Positions 25,531 through 40,500 of a stretch of 64,000 nucleotides of DNA are shown piece after piece. The translations under genes were made by a program, and so were the position numbers. The notes under the pieces are model-generated. The model worked only from the letters and a program-made list of their open reading frames with translations, ran no database searches and was not told where the DNA came from. This DNA comes from Mizuhopecten yessoensis (taxonomy: Eukaryota): assembly GCF_002113885.1 (NCBI RefSeq), contig NW_018406437.1, positions 3,106 through 67,105 of the forward strand, read 5' to 3'. The stretch's first letter is position 1, and every line of letters begins with the position of its first letter.

Positions 25531-28283
25531 TGAGCAGACCAGTATATGTAAAACAATGCTCGTGGAATTGAGATAAGTTAAATTGTATTTTGAGATCAAA
25601 CTCTTTGCTAATCACATTGCAGGTAGGGTTTTTTTCCAAACTTGTGATATATTCCCAAACCTGTACATGTGAGAACACTGATGATGTTTCCCAATTTTTG
25701 CCAAATGCCAATGATATTTTCACAATTCCTGCTCATGGACCCTTTCCCAAAATATCTGGCAAATACTCTGTACACATACACATAAAGTAAGATAGCTCTA
25801 ACATAGCAAGACATATCGTATGGAGATGTTGTTTACTTTGATATTTTTTCCTAACTTAGTAAAAGATAATTCAGACAAACCAGATAACACAAAATGTAGG
25901 CCACACATGCAATCCATGGTCATATTTAGACCTACTGTATTAAGTCACCAACAGGAAGTTAAATCATTATACCACACTGCTTTTAAACAATTCTATTTCT
26001 ATTTTACATATAACAATTGTAAAGATTGAGTACTGAGCATATATCACCTAGTCCTCATAGACGGTATTATTAAGATTTATTAACAAACAAGAGACATTAC
26101 CAGATCGCAGATGTTTTAGTTGCACAGCGAACAATGTCCAAATATGGACAAAAACTCCACGTGGTGATAAGGGCATGAAACGTCCTTTATTTCAGATAGA
26201 GGAATCTATACAAATGTCAACAACGTCAAAAAGGCCGTCGTGAAAAACTATATCTTCAGATAATGAATGGAATTTAGCAAGCAGTCTTTTTGGCCTATTT
26301 TTTTCAAAAACGAATGCACCTATGAAAACACATTTAAACTGGTTCAATTCAAGAAGGCTGCCAGCATAATCTTTAAAATATATAGAACTGTAAAGCCGGA
26401 GAACAGTGTTTCTTGTTATACATGTAAGTGATTGAAACTATGCAAAGGTACATACATGTACTCTGGCGTATTAAATTTGTACAATCAAATTAACTGACAA
26501 AGATTAATAAATATTCAAACATGATTCGTTTGCAATGCGTGTTTTGATTGGATACGGACCATGTTCTAATCTGCGATAGAATCATGATCAATCGTGTTAA
26601 GCTCCTCCGATCGCACCTAAGCCACGCTCCGTTTCTAATCAAAGCAATATGGCGTCAATCTCGCCTCTTAGCGAAATCCCGCTGATAAGGCTAGTAGGCA
26701 ACAGAACAGAAACGACCGATGAAATGTATTTGAATTAAAAAGTACACATTCCTTGTTCTTACCTCCATTTATTACTGAAACGTTCGTTCCATCCGTGTGA
26801 AGGCATCTATTTAGATCCGAAATCAATTGAAACATTTCACATGTGTCGTATGCATTTACACAAAACTCTTCCCAAATCTATACAAATAATCACCGATTTT
26901 GTCAATAAGCACAGACTGGTATGCATACTGACATGGAAATATAAGAACTTGGTCAATATTAATCCAAATGTGTCGTATAAACTTTGGTAACAGAACGTTC
27001 ACGAACGTACAGATCGAGCGCTCGCCAGTATGGGCGGGGCCAAATGACCGACTTTTAAAAGCTTCTTTCCGATTGGTCAGTCCGCTGCAGAATGACACGT
27101 CGCCAGTTCAGGTCACAAAGTATTTTACTACGTACTTTTGTACAAGGAAATACAATGTTTCTAAACATATAAGCGTAGTATATTTGTTGAGGTGTGTTAG
27201 AATGGGGATCGGTCGAGAGTTTAAACCAAATTTCATGTTCTAATCGCCAGTATAGACACGAAAAACAACGTATTATCCCCTAATAGCTAATTAGAATATC
27301 TACCATCTCAAAAATTCATCTTTCATTTTATATTAAATTCTTGTGTAAATAGCCAATACCAATAAAAACATTTCCCTCACATATACAAATCCTACTTGTG
27401 TAATTTAAGAAAGCATAAAAAAAACCCTGCTATGAGCATTAGAATTACCACAAGCGATTCAAATTCAATCTTAAATAGTCTAGTCTTCCGAGGGAAATAG
27501 TATGACGTCATGATCTATGACGTCAGTTACATATGTATTGCGATTATCAATGTCCGCTTGTCTCAGACTGGGGGAGGGGGAGGGGGAAGGGGAAGGGGGT
27601 TGGATAGGAGTAATATGAGTAGTAAGAGCGATAGGACAACAATAGGAGTCAAGGACACCGATGAGTGTAATGTATACCATGTATTCCGTTATTACCATGG
27701 TATAGCCGTCCATGTCTCTTTAATCCCTTACTGAAAAGTAGAGATAACAAATGATCATTGATGGATTTCAGTAGTAGTGAGAGACCGGGATAAAGTATAG
27801 TATCTGTTACGAGCAATGCCAATATCGTAAGGTGCCCTCATTAAACGGCAGGCCTCAGACCACAATTAATTCTACTATATGCTATACCAAAGGGAAAAAG
27901 AGATTAAAATATTTTAAAACTTTGCACAGGGTCTGGTTCCTATTTCATATTGTAGATCTATTCAAACTGAAAGTACAGAGAGCTGGAAAGTACCTCATGA
28001 CCTGCATTTAAGAAAAAAAATGTATTGGCATGACACTACCCTGCATGTATAGTGGAAAATACCAAACATCACAATATATCACTGCGCAAGCCTCACCACT
28101 CATTGTGTCCTGCTGCCAATACAAACTTGGAAACTGTGTCAAACAAAATTTAATCACTAGAACAGATATTGCTGAACAATTCTATGTAAAAAAAACTGTA
28201 CATATCTGTCATAGATCAGACAGGACAAATTATTTCTTAACCCACCTGAAATGTCCTTATGCACTATATTCGTGTACAACGAC

Positions 28284-28390
28284 CCGGAAGTGTTATTGTG
28301 GTCTGAGGCCAGTATGTGCATGCAACACACGTGACACCACGCCGGGGCGCGCCTATATAGAGAACCAACAGAGGTCTTGAAATGTCATTT
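28284..28390 (+). promoter_or_regulatory. Candidate core promoter of SLC5 copy 2
   Basis: ETS-like CCGGAAGT (~28284), E-box CACGTG (28328), BREu match GCGCGCC directly before TATATAG (28354-28360), and Inr-like TCATTT at 28385. About 190 bp upstream of ATG 28579. Confidence 0.55.
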
Positions 28391-28578
28391 ACCTGCTCAG
28401 CATCTAGGGTATACCGCTGTTTCCATACCTCAGGCCAACGTCGTACCACTTGCGTGAGTGCTGGAGTTGTTCACTTAAGGTAGCACAGCACATGAGCACA
28501 CCCAGGTTTACGTTTACAAATAGTCAGTGACTCCAGGTAAAGACATCACCTCAAGTACAAACCCCGAATCAGTCTGAC

Positions 28579-31500
28579 ATGGAGTCGGATGCATACAGTT
28601 TCCAGACTGGCGTGAAACACACTTTTACGACAGTAGACTATGTTTTATTCGGATCTATCCTATGTGTGTCAGCATCCATTGGCCTGTTCTATGCCATCAA
28701 GGATCGCAACCGCCAGACCACGCGGGAGTTTCTGATGGCGGGGGGAGACATGAACCCCTTGCCAGTGTCCCTTTCGCTTTTGGCCAGCTTTATGTCCGCT
28801 ATTACTCTCCTGGGTGATCCTGCCGAAATGTACATCTACACCACCATGTACTTTTGGATCGGACTCGCCTACCTGTTTGTAGCCTTTGGAGCTGCGCATG
28901 TTTTCATTCCCATCTTCTACAGGCTTCGAGTTACAAGCGCATACGAGGTAGGTGTTAGGACTGCCAATGTCACCGGCGCTTTTCGAGGTATGTACAGCGT
29001 TAGTCTGTAGAACGCTTAAAAGTGATATACCGTATGAGTATATAACTATTATAAACAGCTATATCAGAATGAGGGTACGTAATGACATTTATTTCGATCA
29101 ATTTTACAATAGAGAAAATAGTTTTAATTTGGGAGGAATAGCCAGGAGTAATAAAGTAACTGTCTTGCATGTCATAAATATAGAAATTATCATTTATATT
29201 TAATTATATATATATAAAAGGACTTTAAATGACCAAACAGATGTATGCATTTTGATTTTTCCTTAGTTAAATTAAATCCATAGGCAGTTCCTATTTCTAA
29301 ATATAAAACAACTGGAATTTCACTGATGACGATGTCAATGATTTGAAAAATTTAACGCCAGTCTTTCTGTTTAAACATTCCATTGACTTGTCATCCAATG
29401 ATTTACGTTTTGACACATACCCCAACACAATCCGAGTTACGTGTGCCTACCGCGAAAGTGCCTAACTAGATCTGCATGTAGGCGTTTTGTAATATGGTAG
29501 GACTGGGAAGTGTTCAAGACATGTCGAGCTCCGCTTCACAACATCCACTCGTCGCAGCACATGCTAGGTCTTTATACATGTACCCAACGAAAGTATGATA
29601 GACGAACGTTACACACCAATTCCTCAGATACGGGTAAGGGATATACTGCAGAAAGATCCTACAAGACGTTGTTAATGTTTTTGGGCGCTGGAGAAACAAA
29701 AACATTATTGGACCAGCCACATGTTATAATTATGGTACTCGATTGGTTAAGCTCATGTTTGGGAGGAAGAAAAGACTTATGGTAAACAAAGGTTTGTGTT
29801 TTGGCCAGGAATATGATCAGAATATTTCGATATTAAGGTCACAGCAGAAGGATTGCAACCTCGGTTTGCCTCGTCCTTAGCATGCATTGCCAATGATTGA
29901 CAAAAGGTACTATATGAGAACGGGCGCAGTACTGCAGTGATATCGGTTCTCCTGGGAGGTTGATAAAGTTAATCCTTCTGATAACGACCAGTCCTGTAGA
30001 GGAGACGATCTTTTCGCATAGGGAGAGCACAGGAAGTCGGAAGTTGAGTGGACTGCGGGATGTCAAAAACGGAATACCAGACAACTGCCTAACAAAACGT
30101 TTACTAATAGGAGTTCTCGGATGGTATTACAAGACAATTACAAAATATTAAGGTCTTGTCTCCTGTCTGGCAATTCACTGACCTATAACCAGTGGTTATC
30201 GGTATATTTCTCATCAAACGAGCCCAATGAACTGGTGTATGATACACGCATAACATGTTTGAAACACAAAGTAATCATTTGGGAAGCGATGTGATATAAC
30301 AGATCAAACATAGTCGTAAACACTTAATAGATATTTAGGTTGTAACGATACCATTTACAACACTTAAATGTCCTACCAAATTTTAGGTTATGCATCCACG
30401 ATCATCAACTGTTTGAGTTGTGTGAGTCACATTCCCTCAACACCTCAACTTGTATGGGTCACAACCCATCACTAATGTTGTTTAATGTTTCTCTAGATAT
30501 AGAGTCACTAACCAGGAGTAACGTTCTATTCCCTCCCTCTGCTATGCCCCCAGTTATCATTTATCATTCCTCCACATAACCTTGGGTTACTTGAGACACT
30601 ATCCACCGGTAGTTTTGTTACCCACACACAGGTTGTATGAACAATTACACTTTAATAATGGTATATACTAATCCTCTACATTTTATTAGAGTCACTATCC
30701 ACTGGTAACGCTCTAATCTCTCTCCACAGTATCTGGAACTACGATTCAGCAAGGGAGTAAGGACAGCAGGCTCCATGACATTCTCGGTACAGATGGTAAG
30801 TCCATAGATTCTGCAGGGGCTACACTGTACTGGTCTTCGTACTGGTATAAAGTACAATTGGAACACAACAGCTTATAGGTCGATCGAAACACATCCTCTA
30901 TGTTTGGTCTCTTTGCCTTTGTTTTAATCCGTAAGAACGATAAGTGTGTCCCCTCGTATTTTTTCAATTCCATCCTAAGTATGTCGGACGGACGGTGTGT
31001 TTGTCCTGTCCTTACATTGACATTTACATTGCACCTGTGCAATTCGATAATTTAGGCAGTGTTTTATGTAAGTAAGTAATAATGTCCTCTCTGTACGGAA
31101 GAAACATGTATCCGTTTGTACTTTATATCATAAAAGTATGACATCAACGATTATTTCCTTTGTATATTTACAAATGAAGTTAGTTCAGTAATAGAATTTG
31201 ATATTGTATGGGTGGAAGTGTTGATATCTGATCTTGTTTGGTTTTCATTGTACATTAATAGAAAAAGTAAAAACGCCGACGCAGAAAGTCAAATCCATCA
31301 ACATTTGTATTACACCGTTAAGTTCATTAAAAATAATCAAAGGTACTTCAGATCAAAGGAATGAATAAATGTCTAGGCGTTTCCAATTATTTATTGAACA
31401 TTTAATGGAACTTGACTGTATCGATCGGCGACAGGTAGCTCTATTTGGAGGTCCCTAGTTCGAATCGCGGTCTAACCGACTGTTGCATGTTTCCTTTCCT

Positions 31501-34500
31501 GTTAAACATGTAAGGCTAGCTCATTAAAAATACTTAATGAGTATTGCATATACATGTAAGGCTAGCTCATTAAAAGTACTTAATGAGTATTGCATAAACA
31601 TGTAAGGCTAGCTCATTAAAAGTACTTAATGAGTATTGCATATACATGTAAGACTAGCTCGGTTATAATATTTTATGGATATTGCCTGTAACGCTAAATC
31701 ATTTGCGGTATTTCATGAACTTTCGATGTAATGTTAGCTCGTTTATAGCATTTTCATGTAAAATACATGCAGATGTAATATTTACATAAAATGTACGGGA
31801 ACATCTCCAATAACAAGGTATCTATTTGTTACCAGCTGCTGTACATGGCCCTCGTGCTGTACGCTCCATCTCTAGCACTCAATGCCGGTACGTAGGGTTT
31901 TTGTTCTCATGTTTTTCTGTCTAATATGCTCTCAATTGTTATAAATCCATAATTCTAGAATAAAACAAGTGAAGCCATATCTGACTTATATGTCCATTAT
32001 AATTATATACTCTCCGGAAGTGTACTGAAAGAAATAATATAGAAAAAGAGGATACATTTCAAGGAAGAAACTTTTATTTTACTTATCTCCTTGAACAACT
32101 GTCTTGTTATAAACTCGCGATTGATAAAATTTTAAATATCCTTGTGTCGTTTTGATACTAAGTATAGCCGTGTACAATGTAGAATATTTGCTTGCATACC
32201 ATATAAGTGAATATACTTAACATTTATAAAAATAACATCACATTGTATAGGAATAATATTCTAGTCCCAGTTATTGTTGGCGTCTCCAAACATTTACAGT
32301 GACTGGATTTACTTTATGGGGCTCTGTGATAGCTATTGGTGCTGTCTGTACCCTCTACACCTGTCTGGTATGTATTGTCTAACAGTCAACTAAATTTGCC
32401 TTTTATGTTCATAGAACACTCTACACAGAGTACAGTATAATACTATATGGTATAATGTTTCACATTCTACTACATGTCTCTGGTATATATTAGCACCCAA
32501 GACTCATTGATGTCTCCTACACCCTCGTCCTCACAAATTGTTGTTTTCATTTTTTTTCCATTATGTAAGATCGTTTTTTAGTTTACGATTTTCATTATGA
32601 GAATTAGTAGAATTAAAATGCTGACAATCCTATAAAATCCTCAAAAGTACGGTTTTGTATCCCATGATAATTATTTATCATAATTATATACAGTAAATAG
32701 TGAGTGTTTTTCTTTGTTTCTTCACCCTTATCTGTCTTCTCACAAATACTTCTATATTTCGTTCTTTAAATTTTCCTTTTACTTAACTTTCTATTTGACT
32801 TTATAACATGAAACACAGCAAAAAAGGAGATTTTTAGTAGTCTTAAAATATTTGAATACAAAGTGTTACATGTACATGCACGTCTTCGTGTAAAATTGCT
32901 CTGCTAAATTATATAAACACTGTCTGGGTTTATTATACGTTGTTTAATTAAAAATAAATCAATACTAAAAATGAAATGAATTGTCTCTGGCGGGCTTGAA
33001 AAATTTAACCTATTATGTCCTACTTTATTGACAAGGTATGACAGCTTCAAAACCAGAAGTGAAGTGTTAATTGAGATTCGACTTGGGTAACATATTTACC
33101 GTAACTGAGAATCCCTGAATATCCATGTTAATATTCATTTTGTCGCGGGACTATATTTCTTAAATAAATAAAAGGATCAAAGTGATCCAGTTAGCTGGTC
33201 GACGACATACCAACTAGGGAAATGATGACGGAGTTTTGGTAACTAATTAAAAATAGGTAGATTATGCTGTCATTTGCCGAGCAACCAGATCGCCCACTGC
33301 AGTATAGCTCATTTTGAATGCCCATTTCTGTCTAAAGTTGCCAAGTTTTATGTATGTGTGTATCAAATACATCATACTTAATTAAGTATGGTTTAATGTA
33401 AAGCTGTCGTATCGTCAGCTAGTTTGATCACTTTAAGCCCTGTTTTGTCACTGACATTATGTCACAAAAAAGACTAGTTGCATCGCTATTTGACGTTTTT
33501 ATACACTCCTGATTCAAGCACCAAAATTCAGACACCTTGCAGAATAATTCTGTGCGTTGGTTCCCGGGCTGAGTTATCTAGTCTTCGAGAAAATTGAGAT
33601 AACGTCAAAAACTTACAAAACGGAGGTATTGCAAACTTCTTGTGAGGATTTCTTAACGCAGTTTTAAATTCTACCTTTTTATCAGTATAATAATTTCATA
33701 TTATGAATCGCTCTCCATTACATATGTCATATGACCGTATGTACCCAATAATTGTAAATATTACCCAATAATTGTATATTATGGATTATAACACTTATTG
33801 TTATTTGTTGATATGGACAGGGCGGTATGAAGGCGGTCTTGTGGACGGACACTTTCCAGGTAACCATGATGCTTACTGGACTCATTGCCATTCTAATCAA
33901 AGGCAGCATAGAAAGTGGAGGCATTGGGGAGGCATGGCAACGGGCAGTGGACGGAGAGAGAGTTTTGTTTAACGAGTACGAAATAATATTATATCTGTAG
34001 ATGTTCTAAAAGTACGGTGCTCATTTTTGCATTTTAATATGATAAGATGTATATCTATAGACATTTGACGAGAAAAGTAAGCATTTATCACTACGTTTCT
34101 TCATGTTCTGGTTATAGCTTCGATCCAAATCCTGCCAAACGTCACAGCGTGTGGTCTCTAGTGATTGGTGGAACATTTACATGGGTCGCCATATACGGCG
34201 TTAACCAGGCTATGGTGCAACGTTGCTGTACTTGCTCTTCACTGAAGCAAGCTCGGCTGTGAGTACGTTCATGTTAGACTATTTAGATCTTGTGATTTAG
34301 TCTGATCTTCGTAGCAATCTGGATTAAAAAATTCAAGTGTCACAAAGCTAAAGCAGGCATTTCAATGAATGACTCTGTATGGGAATTCTTGGGCTGAGTG
34401 ACTGCAAGAATACCAAAATGACAAAACGGAGGTTTTTCAACCTTCCTAGTGAGACTTTCTGACACTGACAAGGGAACCACTAACAATGGGCCACGCAATA

Positions 34501-37500
34501 GCGTCCCTCTGTCAATTAGCATGTACATTTATTGTTAATTACATTAAACGTCTATATAGATTGATGTTCTTACATTTGAGGAGATATTATTAAGACATTT
34601 ATATATAAATAACATGAATTACACTAATGATTAATGAATTATATCGTTACGTTACTGGGAATGTTATATGAAATAGTATCATCCCATTACAGGGCTATAT
34701 GGTTGAACTTCCCGGGACTCTGTCTGATCCTGTACCTGTGCTGTTTTATCGGTATGGTGATGTACGGGTTCTATAGAAACTGCGATCCCCTCAAATTTGG
34801 TCTCGTTCAGTCCTCAGACCAGGTAAGCTTCAAAAGTCCATATTTAATCCCGAATTTTATAACCATGATATTGGTAAGTCTGTTGTGGTCACGGTTTGAC
34901 ATGATAATATTTGATTGTTTTATTGTACCGTGTACACTGTTATTGTCATCAGTGCTTTCAAAGTACATGTAAAGTATAAAGACCACAGGGTTAGAAATTA
35001 ACAGTTAATTACCCCTTTACTGCCTCTACCATCGTACACGTTCCTGTTGAAGCTCTTGGAGATTTTTAAGTATTTCTGTATTTTCACTTACTCTTGTCCA
35101 TGCCTGAAAATTACCTCCAACATGTGTATGATCCGCTGTTTTTACTTGCTTTTCAAACACTCTGACAAAATATTTGTTTAAAAAGTATATAATGAACACG
35201 AGACTCTTCGACAAATCTTTTGTCAGTTGCTTCCCTTGTTTGTGATGGATGTGCTTGGAACCGCACGTGGATTCCCGGGACTTTTTGTCGCCTGTCTCTT
35301 CAGCGGAGCTCTCAGGTAAACCTTATAATGGTCACATGTCTCAGGTAAACCTTATAATGGTCGAATATCTCAGGTAAACCTTATACTGGTAACATATCTC
35401 AGGTAAACCTTATACTTATAACATATCTCAGGTAAACCTTATAATGGTCACATATCTCAGGTAAACATTATACTGATCACATGTATCAAGTAAACCTTAT
35501 AGTGGTCACATATCTCAGGTAAACCTTATGGTGGTCACATAACTCAGGTAAACCTTATAGTGGTCACATATCTCAGGTAAACCTTATAATGGTCACATGT
35601 CCCAGGTAAACCTTATAATGGTCACATATCTCAGGTAAACCTTATAGTGGTCACATATCTCAGGTAAACCTTATAATGGTCACATATCTCATGTATAAAT
35701 CTGGAATATAAATGGCAAATTTAAAGGCTTAGTGTATGAGACAAGAAGACTAGTTGAACCTTTGATGAACATCAAAACAAAAATCGCTATAGCGTAACGG
35801 TAAAATTGACCCGCTTTGAAGTTGGGTTTAGCTCTTCTGTGATCTTAAAGGACAGGTATAAACCTAAAGATTGGTCAGGGGTTTTTTCTTGAGACAAATA
35901 AAATAGCTAGCCTTCAATTTCGCTATGACAGATTCCAGGGATGCATGGAGTGTAAGTGTATCGAGGATGGGTATTCTAAAACAATAAACGTTACGTTTCG
36001 GTACATTGTATATGTTTTAGAACAGTATGTGGGTTGCTTCAATGCACTATATGTATCATTTCAGTGTAATAGTAGTGTATGTCGTTTCAGTACAATATGT
36101 GTGTCGTTTTAGTACAATTTATGAACTAAATTGAACTGTTTCAGTACAATTCATGTTTCGAACAAGTATGGGAATTTCAGTTCATTATGTGTCTTTTCAG
36201 TACAATATCATCCGGGCTAAACTCCCTGTCTGCCGTGGTATTACAAGATATCATCAAGTCCTACTTTTTGCCAGACATCTCCGAGCAGCGTGCGACACTA
36301 GTTTCAAAAATCCTAGGTATTTATTATTATTATTGTTCTTACATATAATTGTATTTTCGTTCGTTCTTTTCCCGTGTTGGAACTTATAATGTAACACTTT
36401 TATATGTTGTCCCCCACTAAGGTTCATCAGCTGATCCTTATGAGCCCTTGTATATTAACTAGTACTGTAAAATATACACTAGCCTACGTATGATACATTT
36501 TGGCACCACACAACGAGCAAGATTTTGGCGTCCAAACTAGAATTGTGCAATGTAGAATGGGCTAGGGGAACCGTAAAACGTCCACCCCTCGCCTGTTATA
36601 ACATGTCATCATTATAAAATATATCCGCTTTAGCAAGAAATGTTAACTCCATTCTATTTGGGAACGTTGTTGTTCGATCTTCTAGCGTTACTTCCACGGA
36701 ATTCTTCCTCACACCTTGGCGGTAAAATAATATTGTCCAGAAACAATTTTCGCTCAATGAGTCACTGTAATAATGGCCTCCATGAACTGTTACCCAAACA
36801 CCATAAAATCGTCCGGATCTCACCTGTAATGATCCTGTTTTGGTGACTGTGTCTTAAAAATCTAATTCGCGGTTCGGAAACAAACAACCAACAAACGAAT
36901 TGTGTTATTACTGTTTACCACTTAACGTAGCTAAGATAATGTGTACTTTGTGTTACCAGCCTTGGTGTTTGGTGTGATCTGCCTAGGACTGACCTATGTG
37001 GCATATTTCCTGGGAGGAGTTTTACAGGTACTAACTAGTACTCTTAATTTCCACGATAACGTAAACATTTCTATATATTCAATTATTTTATTATCGTAAG
37101 CAATACAGCTTATTGATATTACATTACATGTATTATGCACAATACAATGTCATACAAAGTCAAGTTCAAACCATACACTAATAGGTATATTCACTCATTT
37201 TATAGACAAGAGGTGTGACCTCATTTCAAAAGCTTTACACAAAAAAAATCCAAATTTATACAGTTCTGTAACATTTTCTGTACTGGGTAATTTCAAAAGT
37301 TTATACATGGATGGCTTGCATCGGTAATAAGGTTTAAATAGTTTTTGTCGGAGGAAAATCATATTCTTTACTAATGAAAACAAAATGATTTTCATCTTCT
37401 ACTTCGGTAGTACATATTGGGCATATACGGTTAGAAACATCCTGCTTAGTGTATCTTCCTGTTTCAATTGTTAAACAGTGCGCAGACAAACGAAAACTAC

Positions 37501-40500
37501 AAATTATTTTCTTGAATTTCAATAAAATTGGCTTTGATAAATATCTCTGTAGGCATATGTGGTCTACAAGATATTGGTATAAGTTACACTTAGAAGAAGT
37601 TGAAAAAATAGTGAACAGATTTTGCTGAAATGTATCAGGCAAGCGTTGTTTGACTAAAGGAAGAAAAGATTTTAAATCAATATTTTGCTGATTTTGCCAT
37701 ATTTCTCCCATACCTAACATTGACAATTCCATTTTTACATTTGCTGCCCAGTTTTTACAATTTGGATTAGATTCACACCTATTAAACAAATATTCATAGC
37801 AACCTTGCAGTATACAATTTTGTGTTCTTAATTTTTACACCAGTATTTGAAAACCCTTAAATTCCTGATCACAGAAAAAGAGTATTTACCAAGCTCACAA
37901 TACACCATAGCACTGGATGTTGACCTCTTTACACCGAGTATATTCTTAAAAAGATCAAGATGCACTGTTTCGATATCGTTAGCTTTATACATTCCCCACA
38001 CTTCACATGCATAGTTAGCAATACTACCAACATATGTATCAAAAAGTGACAAGTAAGTTTTAATATTTCAGAATAATACCAAGGTAACAGAACTCATCAA
38101 CAACTTCAATAAATTCACTTTTGTAAATCCATTTCTCATTACAACAAATATTTCCTGACTTTCTAAATACAAGAACTTTAGTTTTGTCAATATCAACTGA
38201 TAGACTCCACACTGTTTTAAGGTACTTCCCAAAGACAAAATGGCTACCACCACTCATTTCAAATGAAGTACTTGAACAAGCACATTAAAGCATAAAATTT
38301 GCAATTAAATGGTAAATTTTTGAACAATTCAACAATTGAAAACCACTGAACGCAATATTTGCGGGCAAAAACTGGACAAAAATCTTAAGTTCTAAATATT
38401 TAACATTGTATGAGTTTCAATTAGATCTATTTGTCGAGAAAAGTGTAGGAAAATGCTTCAAATCTCGAGAATGATTACGTATTTTGATTATATATTTTAC
38501 AATAATTTATCAAGCTGACAAGACTTTTGATACAACTCAAGCCATATTACCTGAGTGAGAACCTGTAGTGAATGGTGTACAGGTAAAAATCTTACTTGCT
38601 TTGCATGCTTTTTTACAACCTTACTCAGCCTTGTTCGCTTTGTGCTCAGTTGTGATTTATTCAGGGGAAATATATGCCATTATTCTGGAGATTTGACAAA
38701 TTTTCTTACATTTTTCTCGACAAATGCATCTCAATGGACATCCAACCTTGTGATATTTACAAGTTTAAATGGGTTTTTTTCCTGAATTGGGACTTATATT
38801 CAGCTTGGAAAATGAACACATGAAAAGTGAGTTTTTTCATTAGTTATTGAATATTTTTTCTGAAATTTAGTGTGCATGTACCTCAATTTTGTTTGAGAAA
38901 TATTGGAGGATTATTATTTTGTGATAGGTATTGTTTAATGCTAACGGAATGCATTATTGAATTTGATATACAGTTTGGTGTGGCAGCCATATTCGAATGT
39001 TCTTAAGAAAAATATCATGAGTCTACTGTAGGGAGACTGACTTCCAACCAGTCTAGAGCTCGGTCGACGCCAAGCCCTAAACTTTTGCATTCAAGTTTTG
39101 AATACACTCAATATGATAAGTTTTCTTCCGATATTGTGAAATGGCTAAAACGTTTTATTTTGATTGAATCACAAAAAAAACCATCAAACGCTTTGTATCT
39201 ATTTTAGTGTAGTAAAAATGTTTTGCATTTCTAACCGGAAATTGATCCGATTAACATAGCCTCCATCAATTATAAACTTATTTGATTTCTCTGATAACAA
39301 TAAACTACAAACTGTTTGTTCCATCATGTTTGTATCCTGGAAATATCCAGGCATGTAAAAGAAGAATATGAGAATTCAAATTCGGTATCGATTTCATATT
39401 TGCCACCCAGAACTCATTGAAATAGAATTTATAGAATCCCATTCGTGTTACCTGCTGACGTAAACCCATGCTTTGTACCACAGGCTACTCTGTCGCTGTA
39501 CGGCATGATTGGAGGACCGCTACTGGGACTATTCATCCTCGGAATGATGTTCCCCTGGGCCAACAAATGGGTAAGAATATGTCATTAAGCAGCGTTATAA
39601 TTTACACGAAACGTACAACACATAACAAATATGACGCTTAACGTTCTTTCTCTAATGTTTCGTTCTCAGGGAGCGTACGCCGGTCTACTGTTTGGACTCG
39701 TTTTCATGTTCTGGATAGGTGTAGGGGCGCAGTTATACCCTCCGGTCATACCTACGTCTCCTATATCCACCATAGATTGTAACTGGAATCTCACCATAGC
39801 GCCAAACATAACCGCCGCATCGTCCATTCTTAATTCTACATCGAATGCTCCAACACAAGAGGACAGGTAGGTATTAAATATATTCCTTTTATGCGACAGG
39901 AAGACGTAATTTAACTTATTTGAGTATTTAAAAACATAAGAGAATACCAAAGTATCAAAATCAAACACCTTTCAAACTCTCAATCGATCAATCTACGGCA
40001 AAATATGAATAATGAATCTATTTACACCGGGACCCTTGCCAACATAGAAGGAGAATAAGACCAGGTGTTCCGGAATATTAAGCATTTTCTTTTTTATCGA
40101 CCGCAATGACCACGTTAATATGTATTAGACAGCATGCTCGTGGTTTTATGTTCAATTGACGCATTTGGTTCATTAATACAACTTTGATTACTTTTACAGG
40201 GAGAAGTGTGAGAGAAAAAAATACTAGTCTATTTTGTGTTATACAGACAGAATAATAGTACTTCTTGGGATAAGGTTTCTGAAGTTCGGCCTTGTTTTGC
40301 AACTCAAAAGCATACACTTGTATTGAGATTTATCTATACACATCAAACGCAAATGATTGATTGTCTTAATGATCTGTTTATTTAACAAGTAGCTTTCCCT
40401 TCATACATGACAGAGGTTGGCGTACTATTAGTTAGATAGATAAACAGATAGAAAGATGCCCATTTATATAGGACAGGTTGACGTCTCTTTAATATGTTCT

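Noticed and set aside
27569-27600. G-quadruplex-capable G-tract upstream of SLC5 copy 2
   Set aside because: Simple low-complexity tract with no supporting evidence of function.
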